Origin: Octopus sinensis
Taxonomy: Eukaryota
Direction of reading: 5' to 3'
Assembly (NCBI RefSeq): GCF_006345805.1
Contig: NC_042999.1
Coordinates: 145,266,001 to 145,330,000, forward strand
Length of the DNA stretch: 64,000 nucleotides
Under the pieces are notes generated by a model that saw nothing but the letters and a program-made list of their open reading frames with translations, made no database searches and was not told the DNA's origin. This document shows, in pieces, positions 25,321 through 39,330 of this stretch. Each line of letters begins with the position of its first letter. Position 1 is the first letter of the stretch. Position numbers and translations under genes: made by a program.

Positions 25321-26289
25321 CTACCTACAAATATGTAAATTATCTTGACCACTACGTGATAGCTTAATTGCCATCTGCTATATATAGATATATATAGCAA
25401 CTGGAGACTCTAAGCTATCGGTTGAGTATGTCTTCATTGAGAAGTGAGCAACAATCGTAAACTGAACTGTCAGGAGACTCCCTGCTTCTTTTTTCTGCAC
25501 ATCGAAATCTTAGAAAGAATGTGTTTGCATTTTTATATTGTCCATTATTTTGATTAACGACTTTCTAATATTTTGATTTATCATGTTTTTGTTTCTAATC
25601 CTCATGTCAGCTGTCTGTGATGCAAAAAAAGTAGAATAATAATTTCAACTTGGAATTAAAATCATACAGATGGTAACTCACCTGTCTTTCTAAGTCTCTT
25701 GCTACATCGCCTGGACCGACGTATACCGAGGTGTATAGTAATTAATGATTGCAGTTTGACACAAGTGTTTAGAATGTTTAGAGATCATTACAGCTTTAGG
25801 CGATCTGTAAACTCAAGTTTCAAGATATTATCTGATTAATTGCAGTTTCATGATTTTGGCAACGGATAAATCATAATAACTGCCGAAGGGAGGAAACAAT
25901 ATTCTTGATATAACTGTTGTGTGTTATGGATTTAGAGAGAACATCTCTCTCTGCCTCTCTCTGTCTCTTTCTGTCTCTCTATGTCTCTCTCTTTCACACA
26001 CACATGTATGTATATGTATGTTGTGTATATATATATATATATCTTTATACATATATATGTATATATATGTATGTACATATATGGTATACATAATGTATGT
26101 GTATATATGTATATATATGTATGTATGCATATATGTATATATATATGTATATATATATATATATATATATAGATATATATATACGTATATATAAATATAT
26201 ATGTATATATATGTATGTATATATAAGTATGTATATATAATATACATATATACATATGTATATATATATATGTGTATATATATGTCTCT

Positions 26290-26880
26290 TCTCTTTTTTA
26301 ATCATTATAAATCTTCCACTGAAGAGGGAACTGGTTTCCAAGAAAGATACAAGGCTACATCTTTGGGATGTAGTTAACACAGTCAAATTCACATTTGGAA
26401 CTTGAGAAAAGTCTTACATATTTTTACTGTTCCACTCACAGAGTGGACTTGTAATGTGCAAATCAGCCGGTCAATTTCTCTTTCTGAAAATCCCAGTTTA
26501 TCCAGATTCTCCTTTAAGCATTTACTAATAAAACCTAGTGCTCCAATTTTTATTGTTATGAATATGAATTCATTGTCTGAATATAGAAGCTGGAGGTTTC
26601 GAAGCAGTTGTCCATAGATATCCTCTTTTTCTTTGATTTTCAAAGAGATATTTCTATCTGCAGGGCAGCTAACCTCTATGATGATATATACATTTGTCTC
26701 TCTGTCTCATACAACAATATATGGCCCATTATGCTTACATTTGACGAAGGTTTTGATGGGAATATTCCACTAGTATTCCTTGAGTTGGTGTTTATGAAAG
26801 CATTCCACAGCAGGGGGATTTTCTAAGTTTATATCAGGACAGACCTTTTTGGCATTGTAAATTGTTTCAACATCGTACCG
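26290..26880 (-). mobile_element. R4/Dong-type (restriction-like endonuclease) LINE 3' fragment
   Basis: Encodes WNIPIKTFVKCKHNGP and [36 protein letters not shown], homologous to 43950-45560. Confidence 0.72.
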
Positions 26881-27017
26881 CACAGGGAGGTAGTACCGTG
26901 ACGACATTTTAGGACAGCAGCTAATCACATGCGCAATGTATTCCACAGATTTTAATATGCTAGACCACTGTTTTTAAATTGATATTAATCAAATTAATAT
27001 TCAATTTTTCACTCCCA

Positions 27018-27058
<41 letters not shown>

Positions 27059-27059
<1 letters not shown>

Positions 27060-27992
27060 TAGCATTATGACCCATCGTTGCCGGGTCATAGTGCTAGTGC
27101 ATGTATATATGTGCATATATATATATGTACATATTACATGTACATCTATATATATACATCTACACATAAAATACAAAATACAAAGTTATACTTGATATCG
27201 CTAGTGATAACAATACTCAAAATATATAACAGACTGGAATTGTTAGCCCGTCTCTTGTAATTTCGATCAATTGTATCTTGTCCTCCCTCTTGTATAGAAG
27301 TGTGGCTACAATCCAGCCTACCTCTACCTCCCTTGCACGCTCCGTTGACTCGAACCTTGCTTCTATTGTGGCGAATTTACCGCCTCTGGTTAGATATCTT
27401 TCATAGTCGAACCAAGACACTTTTCGAAGGTGCTTTCCTCCAGATGTTCAAATCTTCTTTTTTCTCTATATTGTATACTTTATATACAATAGTCTTTTCT
27501 TTTCTTTAATTTTTTATTATCCATCTGGACTATTCCATTTCTGCACACTAATTTTATTTTATTTATTCCCATTCATGTGAAACCACTTATTCAAGTTCAA
27601 GTCATTGATGCAATTTTATACCAATTGCTAGTTTTACTTTTGTTATGTTACGATTTAATTATTATATAATACTTTAGTTTGGTTTTAATTATTACTTACT
27701 ACATATACTCAATGTTTTATTATCTCTAATTTTTATTGTTAAAGTGAAATATCTGACATAAAATGAGAAATGCTTTTGTTTCATTTTTACCACGTAATAC
27801 TGAAATAGTGGAGAAGATACGATATTGCTATGGGTTCGCCCTAGGCAAGAAGTTGAACATTTTTTTGCCCACGAAAATACATCGACCCTAAGTAAAGCAC
27901 GTGTAAAATTTGAATGAAATTGGTTGTGTAGTTCTCAAGTTTTAAGGAAACACACAGACAGACAGACACACATTCTCAGTTTTATATATATA
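27059..27992 (-). mobile_element. Non-autonomous Helitron
   Basis: CTAG at 27059-27062 is followed by the hairpin TATGACCC..GGGTCATA. The far end ..CAGACACACATTCTCAGTTTTATATATA resembles the other Helitrons. Confidence 0.7.
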
Positions 27993-28027
<35 letters not shown>

Positions 28028-28429
28028 GGGTGTGTGTGTGTGTGTGTGTTATATGTATATGTATGCATGTTTATACACGTATGTATGTATATATATGTAT
28101 ACACACACACACACATATATTTATACACACATACATGTATATATATGTGTGCTTGTGTGTGTATATGTGTGTATTAGTAGGTCCTGGCAAAATTTCTGGT
28201 ATGAAGAAATAAGTTTTGATATGAATATAAAAACTAATTATCTACTAGACATCTGCAAGTAATAAAGTTCATTAATTTATATTAGATATGATAAATAAAT
28301 TATGAAATATTGTTATTTCGTTTGCTGTTTGACATATAAAATATTGCAAGTTACATTAATATTCTGCAGATATACGGAATGGCTATCAGATAAAATGGGT
28401 TCAAGTCATTGTTATATGTAAGGATGGAC

Positions 28430-29230
28430 TCACTTTCAGTCACTATCAACTGAGCTGAATGTACTTAAGGTCAACTGACTAGTCTGTATTGATCTCATTC
28501 GAGGGGCTGATACACATTAATTGGTTGATACAGAAAACCTCGTGCCATAAATCTCGAACCTGATTGTATGAATTAACATCATCGTGTTCCATTTTTAGCG
28601 CAATCGTGCAGTCTCATTCGAGCCCTGTTGTGCCAACAATAACATGCTGCTCTAAGACAATGAGACATCGTTTGCAAAACGAAACTTCACTCAAGTTGCA
28701 AGATATTCAGTAAAGAAAATAATGTTATCACAGAAAAAAGCACCTAAGATCATCTGTGATTTGTAGGGATAACAAAATTGAACTGAAGAGGATTGACATA
28801 AAATCAAATTTATTAATTGAGCATTAATTCAGCAATTTGGATCGAAGACTTCTTTTGCTGATCGTTCATCAAACTCAGGATACAATTTCGAGTATAAATC
28901 ATTTAAGTCAAGCAATGCCCATGTTATGGCGGAGTGCAGTTCTGTTGAGGAAGAACAGCTATTTTGATGATAAAACCATAAAATCTAAAAGTTACTTGGA
29001 TATTCTATAGCAGCTGTCCACTCATAGAATTGCAATATGTTCCATCAGGATGGTGCATACACCATTCTGTAAAATACACCTAAAACTAGCTGAAAGCTAA
29101 TGCTTTTAATCTATTTAGTAAGTAGCCAGGATTATCTCATCGACTGAATCCTGTAGGAAATCCATGTGAGCATATGAAACAGAAAATTCCATCATCAACT
29201 CCGATTTAAACAAAATGATACTGGTAGCTG
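28430..29230 (+). pseudogene. Decayed Tc1-like transposase
   Basis: Fragments FHQDGAY and *PGLSHRLNPVGNP resemble the QDNA..H and WPxxSPDLNPIEN motifs. Confidence 0.55.
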
Positions 29231-29290
29231 AATAACCCCTGATAACTGCGCTGCTGCTGTATTGGAGGCAAATATATATATATATATATA

Positions 29291-30444
29291 CGGGAAGCTT
29301 TATGAAAATAGACAAAAGACGAAGGCAGGTGGGAAACAAACAAACAATTGTATTAGTATGCGCTCAGGAAATATAAATAAAAAGTCTTTAACGTTTCGAG
29401 CCTACGCTCTTCAACAGAAAGATACACAGAGAGAAAAAAAACACAGAAGAAGGAGAGAAAAAAAATGCGTGCAGTAACTAACGAATCAACATGGCGATCT
29501 GATTTCGGCCAGAGGTCAAAGATCAAACATGAGACGCGAAAGCGAAATAAGGGGAGATAATAGGGTTGATAATAGGTTGACTGACCAGCTATTAGTGCGG
29601 GAGAGGTCTGGACGTGTGTATGTATAGGGGTGGTGTATGTATTCGTATGTATTAGTATGTATAAGGGTGTGTGTGTGTGTGGTGTGTGTGTATGAGAGAG
29701 TATTAGTGCGTATGATAGGTCTGGACGTGCGTATGTATGGGTTGGTGTATGTATTAGTATGTATTAGTATGTATTAGTACGTATTAGTATGTATAAGTGT
29801 GTGTGTGTGTGTGTATGAGAGAGTATAGTGCGTATGAGAGGTCTGGACGTGTGTATGTATAGGGTTTGGTGTATGTATTAGTATGTATTATATGTATTAG
29901 TACGTATTATTATGTATTAGTTGTGTATGTATTAGTATGGCACATCATATATGATGTGATGTGTAAGTCGTGTGGTTAGTGTGGTGAGAGAGGAGAAGAA
30001 GGGGAGGAGAGGGTGACTAGGAGAGGAGGGCTGGAGGGGAGGAGAGGAGATTGAGGGGGTAGAGGGGGAGAGAGAGGAGGGGAGAAGGAAGGGGAGGAGG
30101 AGGGAACGGAAGGAAGGAGGAAAGAGGGAGAGGGGGAGAGAGAAGGGGAGTGGAGGGAGCAGAGGGAAGGGGAAGAGGGAAGGATGGAGGGAGAAGAGGG
30201 AAGAAGGGAAGGGAGTAGGGGTGAAAGGATGAAGGACTGAAGAAGAGGGGTCGGGGGGAAAGGATAGGTGAGGAGGGGGGAGAGGGGGGTTAGATGAGGA
30301 GGGTGGAAGAGTTGAGACCAAATGGCGTATAAGAGCGAAGAGAGAAGATTCATTCCTTTTCACGGCGCAAACGGGAATCCGGATGGCCTCTGTGTAAGGA
30401 CAAACCGAACACAGATAGGTGTTGCAAGGAGTGACCGGTGGAGA
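29291..30444 (-). mobile_element. Solo PLE pseudo-LTR: endonuclease C-terminus, polypyrimidine tract, minisatellite and HHR variant (29385-29422), with (TA)n on both sides
   Basis: The minus strand encodes LCSVCP..KRNESSLFALIRHLVSTLP. It contains TCTTT-CTGTTGA-A-GAG-CGTAGG-CTC-GAAA-CG-TT-AAAGA and three ~115-bp repeats at ~29590-29940. Confidence 0.65.
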
Positions 30445-30657
30445 TATATATATATATATATACGAAGTTCTAAGCAATAGAACATCTATATTTTTATTGT
30501 TGTAAATTGTTCTCAGATGATCTGCTTAATTCATTATAAGAATTATTTTATAAAAATTATAAAAATATGCTTCATCATCAGCTGTAGTATGGAACTTTAC
30601 TTTTATCTCTGTATTCAAATTCTTGACCAGGACTATATATATATATATATATAATAT

Positions 30658-30697
<40 letters not shown>

Positions 30698-30773
30698 GTG
30701 CGTGTATTTTATTATATTAATAGTGTGTATATATATTATATATATGTGTATATTATACGTAATAATACTACTA

Positions 30774-30829
<56 letters not shown>

Positions 30830-30930
30830 ATAATAATAAATAATAATAAATATATATATATGAATGGCGGTGCCCCACCATGGCCACAGCTCGTGAGTTG
30901 AAACTGGATGAAAATGAATATATATATATA

Positions 30931-31187
30931 TAAAATACAAAAATGGGACAAAAACGCAAAACATCCAAACAGATAGGTGGTAAAAAAAAGGGACAACAAA
31001 ACATCTAGACAGACAATACAAAGAAAACAAGGACGGGTCATTCGGAGTTTTCTTTCCTCAGTCGAGTTCCAACTCGGAATGACTCGTCCTTGTTTTCCTT
31101 GTATTGGCTGTCTGGATGTTTTGTTGTCCCGTTTTTGTATCACCTGTCTGGATGTTTTGCGTTCTTGTCCCATTTTTGTATTTTTTA
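30931..31187. repeat. Inverted repeat with ~117-bp arms and a ~21-bp spacer; related sequence at 56120-56515
   Basis: AAATACAAAAATGGGACAA..GGACGGGTCATTC is matched by GAATGACTCGTCC..TTGTCCCATTTTTGTATTT. Confidence 0.85.
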
Positions 31188-31258
31188 TATATAAAAATAT
31201 AGCGGCCGTACGTACACTCTGGCCTCCCTCTGTCTCTGTCTGTCTCTCTCTATATATG

Positions 31259-31538
31259 AATTTATCTGTAATATAATATGTGACAATTATTCGGTTGCCA
31301 TAATAAAACTTCGAGTTTCAGATGTTTGGGCGAAACGTGCACTGGCATTCTACAGTTATCAAGACAATCAAAATTGCATATTTGATTGCCTCGATAACTG
31401 AAGAGATGCTGGTGCAGGTTTCCGCCCCGACATCTGAAACTCGGAGTTTTTTATTATGGCAGCCGAATAATTGTTACAGATAAATTCCTCTATTTACATA
31501 ATATCGAGGTCTCTATCATTCTTTTGTTGTCTTACCAT

Positions 31539-31539
<1 letters not shown>
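31259..31539. repeat. Foldback (31259-31486, 8-nt loop) with an HHR-like motif on the right arm
   Basis: The arms match closely. ATAA-CTGAAGA-GATG..CATC-T-GAAA-CTCGGAG-TT starts at 31394. Confidence 0.75.
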
Positions 31540-31624
<85 letters not shown>

Positions 31625-32114
31625 ATCTTTAAATTTGTTTATGGTAACGTCTTGAATATGCAAATAAAACTCTTATTCCGTTATGCCGGCCACCGTCTAA
31701 TGATGCTGAATAGCGAGCCAAAAGAATGTTCTAGCCGTCCTAACATCTGCTGAATAAAGATTTATCTAACACTATCACACACACCTCCAGCCCCATATAA
31801 CTACCATGTTTTCCTCTGTTCTCATCACCTTCTACTCCTCCCCACTAAATTCACATAGAAATGCCCACATAACTCGCTTGACCTTCATACTGGTAAAAAG
31901 AGAAAAAATCCCTCTGTGATTCAGCCACTTAAGTTATAACGCCTGAAGAAATGAATCAATGATGATGATCAACCGGATGCCCACAGACACTACGGACTAT
32001 AATGTAACCATCCCAGGATTACGGACTGTTATCTTAAAAGTCATATGATTGTAGAAATGAGCGTAGCGATGCATTAATATTTATAAATTGTATCCTGGGA
32101 TTTGATATATATAT

Positions 32115-32198
<84 letters not shown>

Positions 32199-32523
32199 TA
32201 GACAAAATGAGATAAAACCAAGAATGTGAGGAGTGCCCAACTGACCCTACTATATTGTGTAGTCGACAAAATCAAAAACAATGCGCATGCGTGAAATCAA
32301 AAATATAAACTGGCGTCAGTTTACCCATCGCACCCTGTACACTATAATGTAAACTATTACTGCTACTTTGTTTCATTAATTCCGAAGAGATAACGCTGAC
32401 AACGGTGAAATTTCATTTCCAAAGAGATGATGAGACTATTTCTTCTAATATGCCGCATCAACGAAATGGAAATTGTGGAGCGGTTATTAATAGCCATGCT
32501 TAAAAGGAGAGAGCGAGCGAGAG

Positions 32524-32567
<44 letters not shown>

Positions 32568-35343
32568 CGAAGGATATGCATCAAATATGCCTTGAAAACG
32601 GATGATAGTCTTAACATTAGTATTCAATATCGGCACGAGGTTTCACATTTTTGGAGAGAGTATCATCAATTAATATCGACCTCATCTTACAAATAATACT
32701 TAGTTTATCATCACCCGCGTAAATGAATGTTGCAAGGCATTTTGTCCAACACTCTATCAACTTTGTCACTCTAAAAAAAGACTGGATATTCTCTTTCACC
32801 TGTACGTAACGGAGGAAATGAAACAATCTCCTGGTATGTCGAGAGCATAACACAATTTCCTTTCATGGTAGATAACGATAAAATCATTTACATTACAAAT
32901 GTTCTTGGAAAGACACGTGAACACCATGGTGACAGAATTTTTACTTCTAAAACAGGAGGTTTTGGAACTATCCAAAACAAACCATTACTCAGATGACGTT
33001 GATTTTAAACTGTTACAGTACTGAATCTGCCAGTAATAAATTCCTTCACCTCATCTCAATAGTGAGCGCCATAGAAAAGAAGTAAGCTCCTTGAAAATCC
33101 AGTCTACGATGCAGTTTCGATTTCCAACTTGCGTCGTTAATGCCTCATAACAAGTGTCTATCCCACCGTGAAACAGACTGAGAGAGACTCTTTGCAGTTA
33201 TTCAACCTGATGGTTATAGCAACCAGATTCTCTTAAATCCACTGTATTTAAACGGGAATAACGCAGTGGGTGAGATGATCCAGCTTGGCATATGCTTGAT
33301 CAGAGGTCTGCTTAGTCAGGGCTGACCTGGTGCTAAATGGAAACAACATCAGAAATACTTTTCTATTTATGATATAAATTTCTTGATTGCTTGAAGTTTT
33401 ATTAAAAGCAACCCTTTCCCTTAGCCAGTGGTAGATAATTGAAATGATTAGCAACAATGGGGAGTCGAAGAGGAATGACATTCACTTCTTTTAAATGATT
33501 TGTAACGTTGTATTATGTCAAAATCAGTTAAAAAGTGCTTTTTTATTATTTGATTCAAATTTTCTATATTTTACACTGGTGGGGATAAGTGGGAGGTTGC
33601 GACATTTATAAGTTCTCCAAGATCATTAGCAGATATAAAAGAAAGTGAGGTGACTAAGTTTCAATCTCAAATTTCAGATAAAACTTGCTATTCTTTGCAA
33701 TACAGTGTTTTCTATTAAGTTCGTAATTATTTTTTTTACAAAGCTGCATAGATTTAGAATGATGGAGAATGGAAATGAGAAGCTATCTTTACCTCTTTAA
33801 CTAGGATATTTTTGGAATAATTAATATGTAATAGAAACAGCTAAAAATCAAAGCCGCTCACCGAATTAAAACCTTTGTTTCACGACACAGCGTTCACCAG
33901 TAATGTCAAAAAAGGGTTACAGAGATGAGAATATATATTTTCATGGTTTCTTTTAGAGTAATATAACAATGTAATTTACGTTGAATTACATTAACTTGAA
34001 ATATGGTTTGCTTTGGTTTCCTCTGTTGCATAGCAGAGCTCACTGTGATGTCAGCAATTAAAGAAACAAAGATTTGATTTAAATATTCTTCACTCAAAAA
34101 TTAATATGAACAACAAAGTTTTGTTCCAAATATTATTCATTCTGAACTCTTTAATTTTTTGACTAATAACACTGCTTTAATTAGTTACGAAAATGATTAG
34201 AAAGCCTTACAGATAATTCAGAAGAAATATGAACGTCACATTAATTCATTTATTTTAAAATACTAAATGGAACGAAATCGTGTTAAATTTTAAAACACGA
34301 AGAAAAAATATTGAAATATAAAACTCATTGAATGGGAATTTATTGCTTTTAATGAAAATATTCAAAATCTTAATGAAAACAAAATGTCACCGTTATAACA
34401 CGGATGTTATGATGTTATTAATATCAAAAATTTATTTCTGTAATTAATTAAAATCGAAGTATCTAAATTAAGAGTGGGCAATAGTTAATGAATTTGAGCG
34501 CCTCAATTAAGACAGCTTTGTTTAATTTATTAGAGAGATTGTGTTGATGGGAGAATACAGAGCACCAGGATTGATGATTTAAAATATAATCTGTCCCCGC
34601 TCCCGTCCCCGAAATATTAGTCTTGTATTTGATTATAGCCGAAGAATGTACTCTGCAACCACTTCACTGAGAGACAGTTGCCTTGGTTATGAACATAGTA
34701 ACATCATGCATACGTCGGCCATTGGTTATTGATTTGTCACACAATTACTCTAAATATATACACTAATACGCAGATATAGTTCACCAGTAACGTGATGCTT
34801 ATTAATTTTCCACTCCTCTTATTTTTAGTTTATTTATGAACTCAGTTTCCAGGAGCATTTACTTGCGCGTTTCACAAGAGTATTCATTTACCGTTTCCAT
34901 AAATGTGTTTTTGTGCTAATTTATTCGAAGGAGTTCACATATCAAGACTTGTTTTTGTATCTCATATCTTAAAGCATGAACATCGTAGTTCTTGTCTGTT
35001 TACTAATAAACATTATTTCTTTCTTCCCTTATTTAGTTCCTTATCATAAAAAATCTTTGCAGAATTTCTGCTTGATTTTGTGTTTTAATTCCCAGTTTAT
35101 GCTCATTATTTTTGTTGCATTTTTGTTTATTTAGAAGCATAACATGGAACTGCATATATGAAATTTCCCTTTTGTAATAAAGATTTCTGAAGGCTATGTA
35201 TTCCACCAAATTTTTTATCTTAACTTTCCTTGATTTTAATCCTACCTTCTTTCCGTAGTTCTTCTTCCCTAGCTATGCATCTTCCAAGATAAGTGAGTTT
35301 GGACAAATTCCCACAGCATAATTACTCCGTGATTTGTCATTTA

Positions 35344-35539
35344 CAAAGGGTTGCTGAAATGTTCCTGGTATCGCGAAATGCCTGGTTGAAGGCCCAAACT
35401 TCCGAGTTCTTTTACAGGGCTTAGGATCACTGCAATAAGTGTGTGAATCTGAGAGGGGAATATGTTGCATAAAATCATAATTAACTAATCCTCCTGTATT
35501 TTTTTTACTCAAAGCCGGGAACTTTCCAGCACCTCCTCG
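35344..35539 (-). mobile_element. Complete ~196-bp mariner-type MITE
   Basis: TIRs CAAAGGGTTGCTGAAATGTTCCTGG and CCGGGAACTTTCCAGCACCTCCTCG. The body matches 24785-24990. Confidence 0.75.
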
Positions 35540-36682
35540 TTTGTTTCTGGAGCATTTCCTACTTGTTTTCTCCAATTGCAAAACTCACGAGTGGAGTGTC
35601 TAGTTGATTGTAATTATTGAAGTAAATAACTGTTTGTATTCTTTGACAAGACGACTTGAATTTACTAATGGAGGCTAACAAAGTACTGTTCTCCCTGCTT
35701 GCAATGCTGACTTCAGTACGTAGCCACAAGTAAACTCAGTCATCGAAAACAGTGTCGTTATTCTTGGAGATTCTTGGATGGGATACAACCATTAAACATA
35801 CGTCTAGTAGGCCAACATTTCCAATTTGGCCGACCATGGATCTCGTGTCGTTATTTATGAAAGATTTCTTATATGTTACTCTTAAAAATGAATTATGGCA
35901 GATATAACCCGAGGTACAACGAACCTCTACTTTAAAAGAAAGAAATGGGTCGTGACAATCAAGGCTTTTAGAAGATCAATAGAACCAATTCAGTAAAGGG
36001 AATGAGTTTCAATGAAGACCCGAAATCAGAAATATTACATCGTTGAATATCGGTAAGCTACCGACAATCTGAACCTGTGACCTGATATGAATCGTTTATT
36101 GCAACTTTACTTATTTGAACAACAATTTCATTTGGCTTATTTTTACTTTCATATTGAACGGTGAGACATGATTTCTATTCATTGGTGAAACCTTTCAATT
36201 CAGTTATGATTGACGTACAAATAACACGAATGTTACACGTTTTGATTTATATTCTCTTATGTATTAGAGGGAAAAAAACAACTTTATTTGGACAAGAAAT
36301 GAATTTTCATAAATTTACTACTTCCCCAAAGCAATTGGTGTAAGGGATCATTATCGATTTAAGTTAAATACGTTTTAGGGACAGCAAGCCACACTGACAA
36401 ATGATTAACTGCGTACTGGGATAGGACAGTCAACTAGTCGCTTACATGTGTCAGGTGAATATATGTGATATATGTGAATATCTGAAATAATTTCGAATGA
36501 AAAATAAATTAAAACAAACACACAAAGCAGAATAAAAACGTATTTTGGATCAATATATTGAAAGCAACTGATATATTTCCTCACTTTTACAATTCCCATA
36601 GAGAGTTCAGTACATTTTCAGGGAAACTTTTTCACGAGGAAGTCAGTCTCTAACGTAAACGTAAATCATTTATTGTTGTTGT

Positions 36683-36765
<83 letters not shown>

Positions 36766-37454
36766 TTGCTGCAGAGGAGCATCGACTAAATGTACAGTAT
36801 CTAGTTCTGTCATTCTCATTTTCAAGTTTAAAACTCACTGAATTAAACTCTACTATTCATTACTCTTTTTAAAAATTAGTTTTATTCTCCTCCTTAAACA
36901 ACTGATCTTATGTGCATAAAAAAGAAAAAACAACAACAATAATATATGAGGAAATGAAAGCGGTCGGCAGAACCTGCACATCACTGGATAAAATAAAAGT
37001 GCTTTTTAATTATATTTCGTGTTCAAATCCGGCTACGGTCGTCGACCTAACCTTTTCAGTCATACACTGTGGCCAATTTGGTTGTACTCTGTTTCTGATA
37101 TAGGCTACACGTATTGGTGTTACCTATGTCAGAAACCCTTAAAAGGAAAAATGTGGCTAGTGGAGCTGGTCGAGAAAATAGTACTGAACTAAAGGGATTG
37201 TGATATATGATATCATCTGTCTTGCATCTAAGTTCAAAATCAATGGTGTTTCATTTTCTTTTTTAACCTTCCCATGGCAGGTGAAATATAAATACTGTCT
37301 GTACATTGGAATAACTACCTTGATTATACTATCAACAACAGGTCTTCACCTAAATATATCCTTACAAGAGCTTTGTTGTTTACATCGACTCAGTCCTTAT
37401 AATTTATATTTTAAAACTATATATTTATTCTATTGTTCCCTTTTGTTGAACAGC

Positions 37455-37645
37455 TAAGTTATGGGTACGTAAACAAGGCAACAGTTGTCAAGCGGTGGTG
37501 AAGGGATAAGTACAAAACACACACACATACACACACTTTCCTTTTTGTCTACAAAATCCACTGACAAAGCCTTGGTCGGCCCAAGGTTATAGAAGACACG
37601 CAGTGAGATTGAACCCGGAACCTTGTGGTTGAGAAACAAACTTAC
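37455..37645 (-). mobile_element. tRNA-derived SINE (partial)
   Basis: The reverse complement has the B-box-like GGTTCAATCTC and the body shared with 40128-40523. Confidence 0.65.
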
Positions 37646-37944
37646 AAACTTATTAGTACATAATCACGTCGGCCAGTAAATTATTGACCTTTTACAGGGC
37701 TGAAAATTAGATTGTTACAATGAAGAGGAACGAATGAATTGACATTAATGGTATTTTAATTGCATTAGCAGATAAAACTGGCAAAAGTGTATTGTTACAC
37801 CTTTTGTGGCAGAATCTGACATTTACGGCTTCTCGTTTTTGTGTATATTCTACAAATTGGTGAAATCTTATGAAATCTTAAGAAGGCCATTTTGATAATA
37901 AAAACGAGCACATTGATTCCACTTCTTTTTCATTTTATATAACT

Positions 37945-39330
37945 TAGGTGCGATCTAGCAAAAGTGTTAGCACGTTGGACAAAATGTTTGGCGGCATTTC
38001 TTCTGGTTCTGTATATTTTGAGTTCAAATGCTTCACCGTGTATCTTTTCGGGGACGGTAAAATAAGGTGCCAATCAAATACTGGAACAACGTAATCGACT
38101 TCTCTTGCCAAACTAAAATATTGATTTCAGAATTTGACACCAGGCCAGCAATTTAGGGTGAGGGGTAAGTCGATTACATCGACCCCAGTGCTCAACTGGT
38201 ACTTATTTTATCGACCCCGAAAATAAGTGGCCACCCCTCGGTGGCATTTGAATTCAGAACATAAGGCGGACGAAATGTTGCTAAGCCTTTTTCCCGGCGT
38301 GTCATCGATCCTGCTAGCTCACCGCTTTCGGCCACATTAAAGTATTAGAAATAATTATTATTAGTTAACTAAGGTGGTAAGCTGGCAGAAACGTTAGAGC
38401 GTCGGAGAAAATGCTTAGCGGAATTTCTTCCGGTTCTGAGTTCAAATGCCACCAGATCTACTTTGCTTTTCATCCTTCCAGGGTCGATAAAAAAAAAAAA
38501 AAGTAGGTAACAATTGAGCACTAAGTTCGATGTAATCAATTATACCTCATCCACTAAAATTACTCGCCCGCGTCAAAATTAGAAAGAATTATTATTCTTT
38601 TCTACTCTAGGAACAAGGCCCGAAATCTTTGTGGAGCAGGACCAATCGAACCCAGTACGCAACTGGTACTTAATTTATCGACCCCGAAAGGATGAAAGAA
38701 CATAAAGACAGACGAAATACCTATTTCTATTTCTTTACTACCCACAAGGGACTAAACACAGAGAGGACAAACAAGGACAGACAAACGGATTAAGTCGATT
38801 ATATCGACTCCATTGCATAACTGGTACTTATTTAATCGACCCCGAAAGGATGAAAGGCAAAGTCGACCTTGGCGGAATTTGAACTCAGAACGTAACGGCA
38901 GACGAAATACCTATTTCTTTATTACCCACAAGGGGCTAAACACAGAGGGGACAAACAAGGACAGACATAGGTATTAAGTCGATTACATCGACCCCAGTGC
39001 GTAACTGGTACTTAATTTATCGACCCCGAAAGGATGAAAGGCAAAGTCGACCTCGGCGGAATTTGAACTCACAACGTAACGCAGACGAAATACCGCTAAG
39101 CATTTCGCCCGGCGTGCTAACGTTTCTGCCAGCTCGCCGCCTTAGAAAGAATTATTATCAGTCAACTAAAATGGTGGTAGATTGTTGAGTTGTTAATCTG
39201 TTGGATTGAACGCTTTGCGATACTCGTTCCAACTTTTTGTGATCTGAGTTCAAATCCTGCTGAGGCCAACTGTGCCTTTCATCCTCTCTGGATCAATAGA
39301 ATAAAGTACTAGTTGAACTGATAAATTTAT
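37945..39330. mobile_element. Cluster of at least six copies of one tRNA-derived SINE family in both orientations, including a tandem array at 38640-39140 (-)
   Basis: Repeated GGCGAGCTGGCAGAAACGTTAGC..GAGTTCAAATTCCGCCGAGGTCGACTTTGCCTTTCATCCTTTCGGGGTCGAT.. Confidence 0.85.

Noticed and set aside
29932-30477. 181-aa Pro/Ser/Leu-rich ORF
   Set aside because: Apart from the PLE endonuclease tail, it is a translation of the polypyrimidine tract.
31040-31070. HHR core CTGAGGA..GAAT on the minus strand (and CTGATGA..GAAT near 56440)
   Set aside because: There is no GAAA and no convincing stem II or III.
35273-35581. 102-aa minus ORF as a host exon
   Set aside because: It lies almost entirely within the mariner MITE at 35344-35539.
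37091-37136. Pre-miRNA-like hairpin TTTCTGATATAGG..CCTATGTCAGAAA
   Set aside because: It is only about 45 nt, lies among SINE debris, and has no expression evidence.
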